A program made the translations under genes and the position numbers. Positions 13,662 through 23,201 of a DNA stretch of 64,000 bases are shown in pieces. Numbering within the stretch: position 1 is the first letter of the stretch; every line of letters begins with the position of its first letter. The DNA is taken from the NCBI GenBank assembly GCA_016462645.1, contig JAEMSX010000001.1, positions 1,999 to 65,998 on the forward strand, in the 5' to 3' direction. The notes beneath the pieces are model-generated. The model was not told the DNA's origin. It was given only the letters and a program-made list of their open reading frames with translations, and made no database searches. This stretch comes from Thermoleophilaceae bacterium (GTDB lineage: Bacteria; Actinomycetota; Thermoleophilia; Solirubrobacterales; JACPNS01).

Positions 13662-13883
13662 GCGCCGCAAAGGTACGGCCCCCCGGACAAATCCGAGGGG
13701 CCGCGCCGAGTACGTCTTAAAGGAATGCACCACGCAGGCCGCCGGGATCGACGACAACTACGAGGGTTGCGAGTGATGACAAGGCAAGCATTACGCGGAA
13801 CGCACGCAGGCCGAGTGAGGAGTGGTTCTCCATCACAGGCTCCTTCTATGTATGGAATCTGCTGCGGGCTTTTGCCGAGCCGC

Positions 13884-13965
13884 TGGCCTCAATCCGATAC
13901 TGAGGCCCAGATCCGAACCGACTTGGTGGATCCTCCAGATCGCGGCCTCAGACTACCGCGATCTG
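13884..13965. other. cluster of mutually exclusive inverted repeats in a 328-bp convergent intergenic region
   Basis: GGCCTCA (13884-13890) pairs with TGAGGCC (13900-13906). CTGAGGCC (13899-13906) can instead pair with GGCCTCAG (13943-13950). CCAGATCGCGG (13934-13944) pairs perfectly with CCGCGATCTGG (13955-13965). Confidence 0.4.
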
Positions 13966-13989
13966 GCGAATACCGTCCAATTCAGTTGT

Positions 13990-15546
13990 CTAAGGATTCG
14001 TGTAGACCTGTGTGAAGGATGCACCCGGCATCGTCGCGGTGCCGATGTAGCTGCCCTTCAACGTGACCGTCGCCGAGCCCATGCTCTTCGTGATCGAACG
14101 CGCGGAGAAGCGCGTGGTGCACTTGGTCGAGCCGCTCGGCTTGAGCTTCTGCTTGAGCTTCTTGGTCACCGTCGCACCGTCCTGGACGATCGTGACCGTC
14201 AGGTTCGCATTTGTCCTGCATTGATCCTTGATGTCTCCGGCGCGCGGCGGGACCGCCACGAACGTCGCCTGGAAGTTCGAGTGACCGGCGACCTTGGTCA
14301 ACAGCACCGATGAGTAGTGGACACCACCGAGCGAGAGCACCTTGACTGCGGTCAGGCTGCTGGTGTTGCCACCGTTGCCGAGTTGGCCCTTGGTCCCGCG
14401 GCCCCAGCAGTAGATGTCGTTGTTGTCGAGGCGCGCGCAGGAGTGATATCCACCGGCGCTGATTTCGCTCGCCGGGCGACTCAGGCCGATCACACTGACC
14501 GGCTTTGACGATGTCGTCGAGTTGCCGTTGCCGAGCTGGCCGAACTCGTTCGAACCCCAGCACTTGACTCCGCCACCGGCGATCAGCGCGCAGGTGTGGG
14601 ACACGCCGGTGCTGACCTGACGGGCGTCAGCGCCGAGTCCGGTCACGTCGACGGCGCCCTTGAACGGGGCGACGGTGCCATCACCGAGCTGTCCGAAGCT
14701 GTCGGCACCCCAGCATGAGACGGCCCCACCGGAGTGGATTCCGCAGCTGTGATCCGCCATCGACGCGAGCTGCGTGATGTTGTTCGAAAGGCCCGGGACG
14801 TCGACCGGAGTGCTGCTGAAAGGAACCGCGTTGGTAGGCGTTCCGAGCTGGCGGAAGTTGTTCACGCCCCAGCACTTGACGTTGTTGTTGTCGAGCAGCG
14901 CGCAACTGTGATTGGCGCCCGAGACGACACGTGTTGCGCGTGTTGCCGCGCTGGCGGCGGTGATCCCGGCAACTTGGACTGGAGTGCTCGAGTTGGTGTT
15001 CGTGGCGTTGCCGAGTTGCCCGACGTTGTTGGCGCCGAGGCACTTCACGGTCGCGTTGTTGTCGCGATAACAGACGTGGCCGGCACCGGTCGACTCATTG
15101 GACGGCGTCGCCCACGGGGCGATCAAGGAGGCGGCCGACTGCGCGCTCTTGGCGAAGCCGCCGAGATTCTTGGCGCCGAGCGCTCCGGAGGCGTTCTTGC
15201 CCCAGCAGCTGACGCTGCCGGTGACCAGCAGCGAACAGGCCGAGCTGTAGCCATTGGAGACGCCGACCGGCTGCGATGTGACGCCCTTGACCGGATACGG
15301 GCGGGTGCCGTACGAGAGCCGCGCGTTGCTGCCAAGCCCGAGCTGCGTCGAACTGTTGGAACCCCAGCAATAGAGGCGCTTGTTCGAATTGATCGCGCAC
15401 GTGCTGTACACACCGGCGGACAGCTGCGGGTTGGGAATGTCCGCCGAAGAGCGTTGCGCGCTGATGGCGAAAAGTGTGACGAATGCGGTTGCAATCACGG
15501 CAAGGCGGAGCGCGCGTGACTGGTAAGTCTGAGCTGCGAACTGCAT
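13990..15546 (-). CDS. secreted RCC1-repeat (beta-propeller) protein, second copy
   Basis: Start trimmed to the ATG at 15546 (MQFAAQTYQSRALRLAVIATAFVTLFAISAQRSSA = signal peptide). Repeats such as CWGSNSSTQLGLG, CWGKNASGALG, CLGANNVGQLGN, CWGVNNFRQLG, CWGADSFGQLGDG, CWGSNEFGQLGNG and CWGRGTKGQLGNG. The ~110-aa C-terminal domain has no repeats. Confidence 0.8.
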   Translation of the reverse strand: MQFAAQTYQSRALRLAVIATAFVTLFAISAQRSSADIPNPQLSAGVYSTCAINSNKRLYCWGSNSSTQLGLGSNARLSYGTRPYPVKGVTSQPVGVSNGYSSACSLLVTGSVSCWGKNASGALGAKNLGGFAKSAQSAASLIAPWATPSNESTGAGHVCYRDNNATVKCLGANNVGQLGNATNTNSSTPVQVAGITAASAATRATRVVSGANHSCALLDNNNVKCWGVNNFRQLGTPTNAVPFSSTPVDVPGLSNNITQLASMADHSCGIHSGGAVSCWGADSFGQLGDGTVAPFKGAVDVTGLGADARQVSTGVSHTCALIAGGGVKCWGSNEFGQLGNGNSTTSSKPVSVIGLSRPASEISAGGYHSCARLDNNDIYCWGRGTKGQLGNGGNTSSLTAVKVLSLGGVHYSSVLLTKVAGHSNFQATFVAVPPRAGDIKDQCRTNANLTVTIVQDGATVTKKLKQKLKPSGSTKCTTRFSARSITKSMGSATVTLKGSYIGTATMPGASFTQVYTNP

Positions 15547-15692
15547 CTGGATTGATACCCCCTCTTGGATCGGTCCAGATTGGTTTTGGGAACTGCTTAC
15601 TGAGTAGGGAACCCTCGCAGGCGGCACATGTTGCGCATGCCGGATTGCGCGATAGATTCAGGGCACCAACTCTTCTACCCGCTGGAGCTGCA

Positions 15693-15974
15693 ATGCCGAC
15701 CTACATCATGTACAGCAAGTTGACCACCGAAGGTGTGCGGACGATCAAGGAGAATCCGAAGCGGATCCTTGAAGTCAACGAAGAGGTCAAACCGCTGGGC
15801 ATCGAAGTCATTGCGCAGTACGCGTCGCTCGGCCCTCACCACTTCATCAGCATCGTCACCGCCCCGAACGAGCAAGCGATCGCTCGCGCAGCGATTGAAC
15901 TCGGCTCACGCGGCACTGCGACCTATGAGATCGTTCCCGCGGTCGAGGTCCAGACGCTGATCGACTCTTTCTAG
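15693..15974 (+). CDS. GYD domain-containing protein
   Basis: 93 aa from the internal ATG at 15693. MPTYIMYSKLTTEGVRTIKENPKRI..GPHHFISIVTAPNEQA.. resembles the small GYD family. Its TAG is directly followed by the purD ATG. Confidence 0.65.
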   Translation: MPTYIMYSKLTTEGVRTIKENPKRILEVNEEVKPLGIEVIAQYASLGPHHFISIVTAPNEQAIARAAIELGSRGTATYEIVPAVEVQTLIDSF

Positions 15975-17249
15975 ATGAAGATTCTCGTTGTCGGGTCGGG
16001 GGGCCGCGAGCACGCGATCGTGCGCGCGCTCGCCCGCACCTGGTCCGACAAGGAGCAACTGGAGCTGCTCTGCGCGCCCGGCAACCCCGGTATCGAGGCC
16101 GACGCGCGTTGCATCCCTGAAGTCGGGGGCGAAGACGTTCCCGCACTGGTCGAGCTCGCCCAGCGCGAAGCAGTCGACCTCGTGGTGGTCGGCCCGGAGG
16201 TCCCGTTGGTCGACGGCCTCGTCGATGAGCTCGCCGCCGTGGGGATCAAGGCGTTCGGACCCTCCCGTGCGGCCGCGCAGCTTGAGGGATCGAAGATCTT
16301 CTGCAAGGAAGTGCTGGTCGCCTCCGGAGTACCGACCGCCGGCTACAAGGTGCTGCGCTCGCGCGAAGAAGCGCTCGCAGCTGCCGCCGAGACCAACTAC
16401 CCCGCCGTCTTCAAGAGCGACGGCCTGGCCGCGGGCAAAGGCGTGATCATCTGCGCCGACGAGGCCGAAGCGAAGGCCGCGATCGACGAATACTTCACCG
16501 AGCAGCGCTTCGGCGAGACCGACGTGATCCTCGAGGAGTTCCTTGAAGGCGTAGAGGTCTCGCTGCTCGCGATCTGCGACGGCGAGCGCGCCTACTCGCT
16601 GGTGCCCGCCCGCGACTTCAAGCGCATCTTCGACAACGACCAGGGCCCGAACACGGGCGGCATGGGCGCCTTCTCTCCGGTGCCCGAGCTTCCGGTCAGC
16701 GAGATCGAAGCGATCTCCGCGCAGGTGCACCAACCGATCATCGACGAGATGAAGCGCCGTGGCGCCGCCTTCCATGGGATTCTCTACGCAGGACTGATGC
16801 TGACGGCCGATGGAGTGAGAGTGCTTGAGTACAACACGCGCTTCGGAGACCCGGAGACGCAGGCGCTGCTGCCGCGGCTGACGAGCGACCTCGCGGAGCT
16901 GATGCTCGCGAGCATCGAGCCCGGTGGACTGGCCGGCCACGACATCACTTTCAGCGAACAGCGCTCGGTCACGCTCACGCTCGCGTCCGCCGGCTACCCG
17001 GAGGGATCGAGCAAGGGCGATGTGATCAAGGGCCTCGACGAAGTCTCAACCGCGATCGAGGTGACACACGCGGGAACCGCGCGCAACGCCGACGGCGCGA
17101 TCGTCACCGCCGGCGGCCGCGTACTCAACGTGACCGCACTGAGCGACTCCGTGCCACGCGCGCGTGAGGCCGCCTACGCCGGCGCCGCGCTGATCGACTT
17201 TGACGGCAAGCAGCAGCGCAGCGACATCGCCGCGGGGATCGAGCTCTAA
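15975..17249 (+). CDS. purD: phosphoribosylamine--glycine ligase
   Basis: 424 aa. KILVVGSGGREHAIV, ATP-grasp core ..FKSDGLAAGKGV.., ..GPNTGGMGAFSP.., ..LEYNTRFGDPE... Confidence 0.95.
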   Translation: MKILVVGSGGREHAIVRALARTWSDKEQLELLCAPGNPGIEADARCIPEVGGEDVPALVELAQREAVDLVVVGPEVPLVDGLVDELAAVGIKAFGPSRAAAQLEGSKIFCKEVLVASGVPTAGYKVLRSREEALAAAAETNYPAVFKSDGLAAGKGVIICADEAEAKAAIDEYFTEQRFGETDVILEEFLEGVEVSLLAICDGERAYSLVPARDFKRIFDNDQGPNTGGMGAFSPVPELPVSEIEAISAQVHQPIIDEMKRRGAAFHGILYAGLMLTADGVRVLEYNTRFGDPETQALLPRLTSDLAELMLASIEPGGLAGHDITFSEQRSVTLTLASAGYPEGSSKGDVIKGLDEVSTAIEVTHAGTARNADGAIVTAGGRVLNVTALSDSVPRAREAAYAGAALIDFDGKQQRSDIAAGIEL

Positions 17250-17825
17250 ATGGCGCGTCGTCGCTTCAGGCCGCAGCGCTCGAACCCGCCGGTGCGCCCG
17301 CGCCCGAGCGTGGGTCGCGCGCCGATCGGCGACCCAATGGCAGGAAGCGCCGAATCCGGGGGCACGGCAGGCGTTCTGATTCCGGAGCCAGAGACCCAGC
17401 TCGATGAGATCGAGATCCGCGAGGGTCCGCTCGTCGCCGTCGTGATGGGCGCCGAGAGCGACCGCGTCGTGATGGCGGCCGCCTGCGACGAGCTGAAGGA
17501 GCGCGGAATCTCATTCGAGGAGACCGTCGTATCCGCGCATCGCGACCCCGAGCAGGTGCGCGAGTACGCTCGCGGCGCCCGCATTCGCGGCATCAAAGTG
17601 ATCATCGCCGGAGCCGGCATGGCCGCCGCTCTGCCGGGTTCGATCGCCGCCTACACGGACCTTCCCGTGATCGGCGTGCCGATCCGCAGCGAGAACGCCG
17701 TCAGCGGCGGACTCGACGCGCTGCTCTCGATCGCGCAGTCACCGAGCGGCGTTCCCGTGGCCTGTGTCGCGATCAACGGCGCGCAGAACGCCGCGATCCT
17801 CGCCTCAAGAATTCTCTTCGCCTGA
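17250..17825 (+). CDS. purE: 5-(carboxyamino)imidazole ribonucleotide mutase
   Basis: PurE core [37 protein letters not shown]... The ATG at 17250 abuts the purD stop but gives a ~55-aa Arg/Pro-rich N-terminal extension. The ATG at 17337 is an alternative start. Confidence 0.9.
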   Translation: MARRRFRPQRSNPPVRPRPSVGRAPIGDPMAGSAESGGTAGVLIPEPETQLDEIEIREGPLVAVVMGAESDRVVMAAACDELKERGISFEETVVSAHRDPEQVREYARGARIRGIKVIIAGAGMAAALPGSIAAYTDLPVIGVPIRSENAVSGGLDALLSIAQSPSGVPVACVAINGAQNAAILASRILFA

Positions 17826-19789
17826 TGGGAAGTGCGAGCCGGCTCCGGCGAGAACGGGCAGCCGCGCGCCTGAAAGATGCCTCGACGACTCCTTCGGCCA
17901 CGCGCCGCAGAACACGCTCGCGCACATCGCTCGGCGCCCGCCTGAGCTACTCCTTCGACAACTCGATGGCGCGCGGACCGAGCGCGCTGATCTGGTACCT
18001 CGGTGCGCTTGTCGCGGTGATCGTGCTGCTGGTCGCGCTGCTCGTCCTGCTGTTCGGCGTCGGACCGTCGGACAACCCCATCACCGCCGTCTACCAGGCG
18101 TTCCTGCACGCAATCGACACCGGCACGATCGCCGGAGACAGCGGCACGAACTACATCCTGCTCCAGCTGATCGTGACGATCGCCGGGATCTTCGTCTTCA
18201 GCGCCTTCATCGGTGTGATCGCCAACCTGATCGACGCCCGCCTGACCGAGCTGCGCAAGGGTCGTTCGCTCGTGCTCGAGAGCGGACACACGTTGGTCCT
18301 CGGCTGGAGCGAGAGCATCTTCACGGTGATCAGCGAACTCGCACTCGCCAACGAGAGCCGCAAACACGGGGCGTGCGTGGTCGTGCTCGCCGACGAGGAC
18401 AAGGCGACGATGGACGATGAGATCCGCGCCCGCCTCGACGACCTGCACGGGACCCGCGTCGTCTGCCGCACGGGATCGCCGACGTCGATCGAGGACCTCG
18501 AGCTCGTGAACCACGCCGACGCCCGCTCTGTGATCCTGCTCCGTCCGGAGGGCACTGACCCGGACATGTACGTGATCAAGTCGCTGCTGGCGCTGACGCG
18601 GGAACCGGTCCCCGGCCGCCACATCGTCGCCGAGATCGCCGACCGTCGCCACCTCGAAGCGGCGCGCGTCGCCGGCAAGGGCGCGGCCGAAGTGCTCGAC
18701 CGCGGCTCGATCGCCAGCCGGCTGCTTGTGCAGACGTCACGCCAGAGCGGCGCCGCGCGCATCTACGAAGACCTGTTCGACTTCGAGGGCCACGAGGTCT
18801 ACGCCCGCGCCGACGCGCAGCTCTCGGGCAAGACCTACGGCGAGGCGTTGCTCGCCTACGAGGAGTGCACCGTGATCGGATTCCAGTCCGAGGGCGCAGT
18901 CACGCTCAACCCGCCGGCCGCCACCGTGATCCCGGAAGGTGCCGAACTGATCTCGATCGCCGAGGACGACTCGATCCTCGACGCCGCCGTCGCGGGAAGC
19001 GCGAGCTTCGACGCCAGCGCGTTCGTCACGGCAACGCCGGCGGTCGAACCGCCGGAGTCCACGTTGCTGCTCGGCTGGAACATGCAGACCGCCACCGTCC
19101 TGCAGTCGTTGGACGACTTCGCACCCGATGGATCGAGCGCCGAGATCGTCGCCCTGAACCCGCCGGACGAGGACTGGCTGCAGGCGGCCGCCGCGGATTT
19201 CAAGCGCCTCAAGGTCAGCATGCGCGCAGGCGACCCCGTCGACACCGCAGTCCTTGAATCGCTCGACCTCGACCGCTTCGACCGCGTCATCGTCGTTTGC
19301 GAGGAATCTGACGACCACGACCGCGCCGACGGTCGCGTTCTGCTCTCGCTGATCCACCTGCGCGAGATCTCCAGGCGCACGGGCGCCGAGTTCTCACTCG
19401 TCTCCGAGCTGATGGACGAGGCCGACCGCGACCTCGCGGCAGTCGCGAGCGTGGACGACATCGTCATTTCCGAGCAGGTGATCTCCTACCTGTTGGCGCA
19501 GATCTCCGAGAACCGCAGCCTCGCGACGATTTTCGACGAGCTGCTCAAGGCCGACGGCTCGGAGGTCTACCTGCGACCGGTGGGCGACTACGTGAAGCTC
19601 GGCGCGGAAACTCAGTTCGCGACCGTGATCGCCTCCGGGCGCGAGCGCGATGAGACGGTGATCGGGTATCGCAAGGGCGCATGGTCACGCGACCCGGAGG
19701 CCGACTTCGGCATCCACCTGAACCCGCCCAAGAGCGCGCAGCTCCTGCCCGTCGAGGGCGACAGCGTGATCGTGCTCAGCGAGGACTGA
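17825..19789 (+). CDS. CASTOR/POLLUX-related putative ion channel (TM pore region plus tandem RCK-like domains)
   Basis: 654 aa. N-terminal TM segments (..LIWYLGALVAVIVLLVALLVLLF.., ..LLQLIVTIAGIFVFSAFIGVIANLI..) are followed by ..GHTLVLGWSE.. and a second ..TLLLGWN.. Rossmann-like start. Its ATG shares its A with the purE TGA. Confidence 0.55.
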   Translation: MGSASRLRRERAAARLKDASTTPSATRRRTRSRTSLGARLSYSFDNSMARGPSALIWYLGALVAVIVLLVALLVLLFGVGPSDNPITAVYQAFLHAIDTGTIAGDSGTNYILLQLIVTIAGIFVFSAFIGVIANLIDARLTELRKGRSLVLESGHTLVLGWSESIFTVISELALANESRKHGACVVVLADEDKATMDDEIRARLDDLHGTRVVCRTGSPTSIEDLELVNHADARSVILLRPEGTDPDMYVIKSLLALTREPVPGRHIVAEIADRRHLEAARVAGKGAAEVLDRGSIASRLLVQTSRQSGAARIYEDLFDFEGHEVYARADAQLSGKTYGEALLAYEECTVIGFQSEGAVTLNPPAATVIPEGAELISIAEDDSILDAAVAGSASFDASAFVTATPAVEPPESTLLLGWNMQTATVLQSLDDFAPDGSSAEIVALNPPDEDWLQAAAADFKRLKVSMRAGDPVDTAVLESLDLDRFDRVIVVCEESDDHDRADGRVLLSLIHLREISRRTGAEFSLVSELMDEADRDLAAVASVDDIVISEQVISYLLAQISENRSLATIFDELLKADGSEVYLRPVGDYVKLGAETQFATVIASGRERDETVIGYRKGAWSRDPEADFGIHLNPPKSAQLLPVEGDSVIVLSED

Positions 19790-20420
19790 CCGGCCGACGC
19801 CAACGGCTGAGGCCCACGTACGCCAGTGACAGCACGATCGCGAAGATCGTGATCGCGAGGATGTTGACCGCGACCTTGCCGTACCCATGCAGCTCGACGT
19901 CGATGAACGGGTACGGATACCAGTCGACGATCGCTCCGCGGATCAGCGTGTAGGCCACCCATACAAGCGGCCAGATCAACGTGCGCGGAACATCGCTCAG
20001 CGTCATCGCCGGCCACGGCCCGTAGATCAGCCACGCGAAGACTGCGAGCGGCGGGCCGACGTAGTGGAGCATGTAGTTGGCAAGCTGAGAAAGGCCGTGC
20101 AGGTCGGAGTCCCCGGCGAGAATCGTCATGTAGACGATGCCGGTGACAGTGATTCCGACCATAGAGGCGAGTCGCAGGGTTCGCCACCAGGGGTCGTCGA
20201 GCGGCTTGTCCTTGAGGACCGCCAGTCCGGCGAGCAGCACGACGATGTTGCTCTGGATCGTGAAGTAGCTGAAGAAGCGGACCATGCGAGTCAGCAGATC
20301 AGGATCGTCGGGCGCCGGATCGGGATCGAAGATCGTGATCCCGAGACGCAGGAGCAGCGCCGCGCTGACGAAGACGACGATCAGCAACTGCACCCGCTTT
20401 GCGGTGGTCGAGGCGGCCAT
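19776..20420 (-). CDS. Pr6Pr-family (FAR-17a/AIG1-like) integral membrane protein
   Basis: Trimmed to the ATG at 20420 (MAASTTAKRVQLLIVVFVSAALLL..), 214 aa with ~6 TM segments. It carries the ..FSYFTIQSNIVVL.. motif recalled for this family. The upstream part of the ORF-track entry overlaps purB antisense. Confidence 0.45.
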   Translation of the reverse strand: MAASTTAKRVQLLIVVFVSAALLLRLGITIFDPDPAPDDPDLLTRMVRFFSYFTIQSNIVVLLAGLAVLKDKPLDDPWWRTLRLASMVGITVTGIVYMTILAGDSDLHGLSQLANYMLHYVGPPLAVFAWLIYGPWPAMTLSDVPRTLIWPLVWVAYTLIRGAIVDWYPYPFIDVELHGYGKVAVNILAITIFAIVLSLAYVGLSRWRRPVSPR

Positions 20421-20457
20421 CCGTCCTGACTTCGACGCTCCGCATAGGATCTCCCCC

Positions 20458-21747
20458 GTGATTGATCGATACACACGCGACGCGATCGGCGCGGTCTGGA
20501 GCGAGCAGGCGAAGTTCGACAGCTGGCTGCAGGTCGAGCTGGCGGTCTGCGACGCACTCTTTGACGCGGACGTGATCCCGGCGGCCGATCTCGTCGCGAT
20601 CAAGGACAACGCGAAGTTCACGGTTGCCGCCGTGAAGGAGCGCGAGGAGATCACCAACCACGACGTCGCCGCGTTCGTGGACGTGATCAGCGCTGACGTC
20701 GGTGAGGCCGGTCGCTGGATCCATTACGGACTTACCAGCAGCGACGTGCTCGACACGGCGCTCGGCATCCAGATCGCCAAGGCCGGCGAGATTCTGTTGG
20801 CAGGCGCGAGCGAATACGCCGATGCGCTGGCGCGCCGCGCAAAGGAATTTGAAGACGCGACAGCCGTCGGCCGCACCCACGGCGTGCACGCCGAGCCCAC
20901 GACCTTCGGCGTCAAGCTGGCCGGATTCGCTTTCGAGGCCCGCCGCAATGTGGAGCGGCTCGAGCGCGCATTCGAGCAGTGCCGTGTCGGCGCGCTCTCA
21001 GGTGCCGTCGGCACCTACAGCGCCAACGGCCCGGACATCGAGGAGGCCGTGCTCACCAAGCTCGGTCTCGAGCGCGAGCCCGTCTCGACGCAGGTCGTCG
21101 CCCGCGACCGCCACGCAGAGCTGCTCTCCGCGATCGCGATCGCCGGCGCAGGACTCGAACGCTTCTCCACCGAGATCCGCGCCCTGCAGAAGACCGAAGT
21201 GCGTGAGGTTGAAGAGCCTTTCGCCAGCGGCAAGCAGAAGGGCAGCAGCGCGATGCCGCACAAGCGCAACCCGATCACCAACGAGCGCATCACCGGCCTT
21301 GCCCGCGTGCTGCGCGGAAACGCCAACGCCGCGATCGAGAATGTCGCCCTCTGGCACGAGCGCGACATCACGCACAGCTCGGTCGAGCGCATCATCCTTC
21401 CGGACTCCACGATCCTGCTCGACTACATGCAGTCGCTCGCGATCAAGGTCGTCAACGGCATGACCGTGCACACCGACCGCATGCTCAGCAACCTCGAAGT
21501 CACGCACGGCGCGCTGTTCAGTCAGCGCGCGCTGCTCGCTCTAGTGAACGCGGGGCTGACCCGCGACGACGCCTACCGGATCGTCCAGCAGGGCGCGCAA
21601 GAAGCCTGGGACACCGGCGTGAACTTCCGCGACCTGCTCGCCGCTGAAACCGAACGTCAGGGAATCGACGTCGATATCGACGCGATCTTCGATCCCGCGG
21701 CCTACACCAAGCACGCCCGCGCAATCGTGGCGCGACTCGACCAGTAG
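20458..21747 (+). CDS. purB: adenylosuccinate lyase
   Basis: GTG start at 20458 (V)[19 protein letters not shown]... Fumarate-lyase signature [11 protein letters not shown]. ~429 aa. Confidence 0.9.
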   Translation: MIDRYTRDAIGAVWSEQAKFDSWLQVELAVCDALFDADVIPAADLVAIKDNAKFTVAAVKEREEITNHDVAAFVDVISADVGEAGRWIHYGLTSSDVLDTALGIQIAKAGEILLAGASEYADALARRAKEFEDATAVGRTHGVHAEPTTFGVKLAGFAFEARRNVERLERAFEQCRVGALSGAVGTYSANGPDIEEAVLTKLGLEREPVSTQVVARDRHAELLSAIAIAGAGLERFSTEIRALQKTEVREVEEPFASGKQKGSSAMPHKRNPITNERITGLARVLRGNANAAIENVALWHERDITHSSVERIILPDSTILLDYMQSLAIKVVNGMTVHTDRMLSNLEVTHGALFSQRALLALVNAGLTRDDAYRIVQQGAQEAWDTGVNFRDLLAAETERQGIDVDIDAIFDPAAYTKHARAIVARLDQ

Positions 21748-21773
21748 CGCACCTGCGCCATTAGGATCAAGCG

Positions 21774-23201
21774 ATGGCGGATGCCTCGCGCCAAGCGATT
21801 GTCCTACTTGCCGATGGCGCCCGCGCCGACGTGTTCGCGCGCATGCTCGCCGCCGGGGAACTCCCGGAGATCGAAAACCACGTTTTATGCCGCGGCGGCC
21901 ACCGCACCGCGACCAGCACCTTCACCAGCACGACGATCCCCGCGCACCTGCCTTTCCTGACCGGCCGCTTCGCCGGCAGCGCGGATGTGCCCGGCTACCG
22001 CTGGTTCGATCACCGCAAGCAGCCGCGCCACGCCCCGCTCGGACCGTGGAGCTTTCGCAGCTACAACGGGATCGAATCGATCAACGTCGATCGCGACATC
22101 GCGGCCGACGCGCCGACGCTCTTCGAGCTCGCGCCCGGCTCGCAGAACATCTTCGGCGCGATCACGCGCGGCCTCGGTCGCGGCGGAAACCTCGCGGCGA
22201 CGCGCAAGAACTTCCTCTGGCTGAAGGCGCACTACCGCGAGGACTACCGCGTGGCCGACGACGCCGCGCGCAAGGTGCTCGCCCGGTCGCTCGACAAGCA
22301 CGCGCCCTTCCGCTTCGTCGTGATCCCGGGGATCGACTGGAACAGCCACTACGACGACCCGTTCGGCGAGGGCGCCTACGAGGCATATCGCCGCGTCGAT
22401 CGCACGGTCGGCGAGATCGCGCGCAAGCTCGATCGGCTCGGTCGCTACGAGGACACTCTGCTCGCGGTGGTGAGCGACCACGGCCACGAGCCCGTGCGCG
22501 AACACTTCGATCTCGGACCGCGCATGGCCGAGGATCTGGGCCTGAAGGTCGCCTACCACTCGCTGAAGGCCTGGCGCTTCAAGCCCGACGCGCTCTGCGC
22601 GGTCAGCGGCAACGCGATGGCGCACCTCTATCTGAACACCGTCGTTCCGGAGCTGACCGATTGGCTGCTCGCTGAGCCCGCCGTGGACATCGTCGCTTCG
22701 CGCGAGCACGACGGATCCGTGCTGGTCGAAAGCAGGCGCGGCCGCGCGCGACTCGCGGAGACCGAGCGCGGCCTCGCCTACCGACCGATCGCGGGCGATC
22801 CGTTCGGCTACGGCGCGCTGCCCGAAGAATTCGACTTCGAGACCGCGTTGACCGCGACGGCCGGCACCGAGCATCCGGACGGCCTGCTCCAGCTGGCCCA
22901 GATCTTTCGCTCGGCGCGGACGGGCGACGTCGTCGTCAGCGGCGCGCCCGGCTACGACCTGCGCAAGCAGTACGAGCGCCCCGAGCACCGCTCATCGCAC
23001 GGGGCGCTGCACGCGTCGCACATGAACGTCCCACTGGCGATCAGCGCGCCGATCGCCGAGGGGCCGGTTCGGACTGCCGACGTGTTCAGCATGGTGCTCG
23101 AACACCTGGGAATTGCCAGCCCGCCGGGCGTCGACGGCCGCTCGCGCCTGCTTGACGCAGCTCAGCCCTCGGTTGAGCCGGCGCTTGCTCCTTCGAGTTG
23201 A
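21774..23201 (+). CDS. alkaline-phosphatase-superfamily nucleotide pyrophosphatase/phosphodiesterase-like protein
   Basis: 475 aa. ..VLLADGARADVF.., ..FTSTTIPAHLPFLTG.., ..VVSDHGHEP.., ..SSHGALH.. are metal-ligand patterns typical of the type I phosphodiesterase family. Confidence 0.65.
   Translation: MADASRQAIVLLADGARADVFARMLAAGELPEIENHVLCRGGHRTATSTFTSTTIPAHLPFLTGRFAGSADVPGYRWFDHRKQPRHAPLGPWSFRSYNGIESINVDRDIAADAPTLFELAPGSQNIFGAITRGLGRGGNLAATRKNFLWLKAHYREDYRVADDAARKVLARSLDKHAPFRFVVIPGIDWNSHYDDPFGEGAYEAYRRVDRTVGEIARKLDRLGRYEDTLLAVVSDHGHEPVREHFDLGPRMAEDLGLKVAYHSLKAWRFKPDALCAVSGNAMAHLYLNTVVPELTDWLLAEPAVDIVASREHDGSVLVESRRGRARLAETERGLAYRPIAGDPFGYGALPEEFDFETALTATAGTEHPDGLLQLAQIFRSARTGDVVVSGAPGYDLRKQYERPEHRSSHGALHASHMNVPLAISAPIAEGPVRTADVFSMVLEHLGIASPPGVDGRSRLLDAAQPSVEPALAPSS

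Noticed and set aside
13895-13990. Possible minus-strand tRNA or tmRNA-like element (GGTTCGGATC T-loop-like string and ..ATCCACCA..)
   Set aside because: I could not fold a cloverleaf. There is no acceptor stem pairing, and the CCACCA lies 5' of the T-loop-like string. I treat it as part of the inverted-repeat cluster instead.
15547-15692. ZTP (pfl) or purine riboswitch upstream of the GYD-purD-purE operon and other pur blocks
   Set aside because: I could not find the conserved ZTP pseudoknot strings (..ACTGGCG.. / ..CCGCCTGGGC..) or a purine-riboswitch three-way junction. Most pur genes here have gaps too short for a riboswitch.
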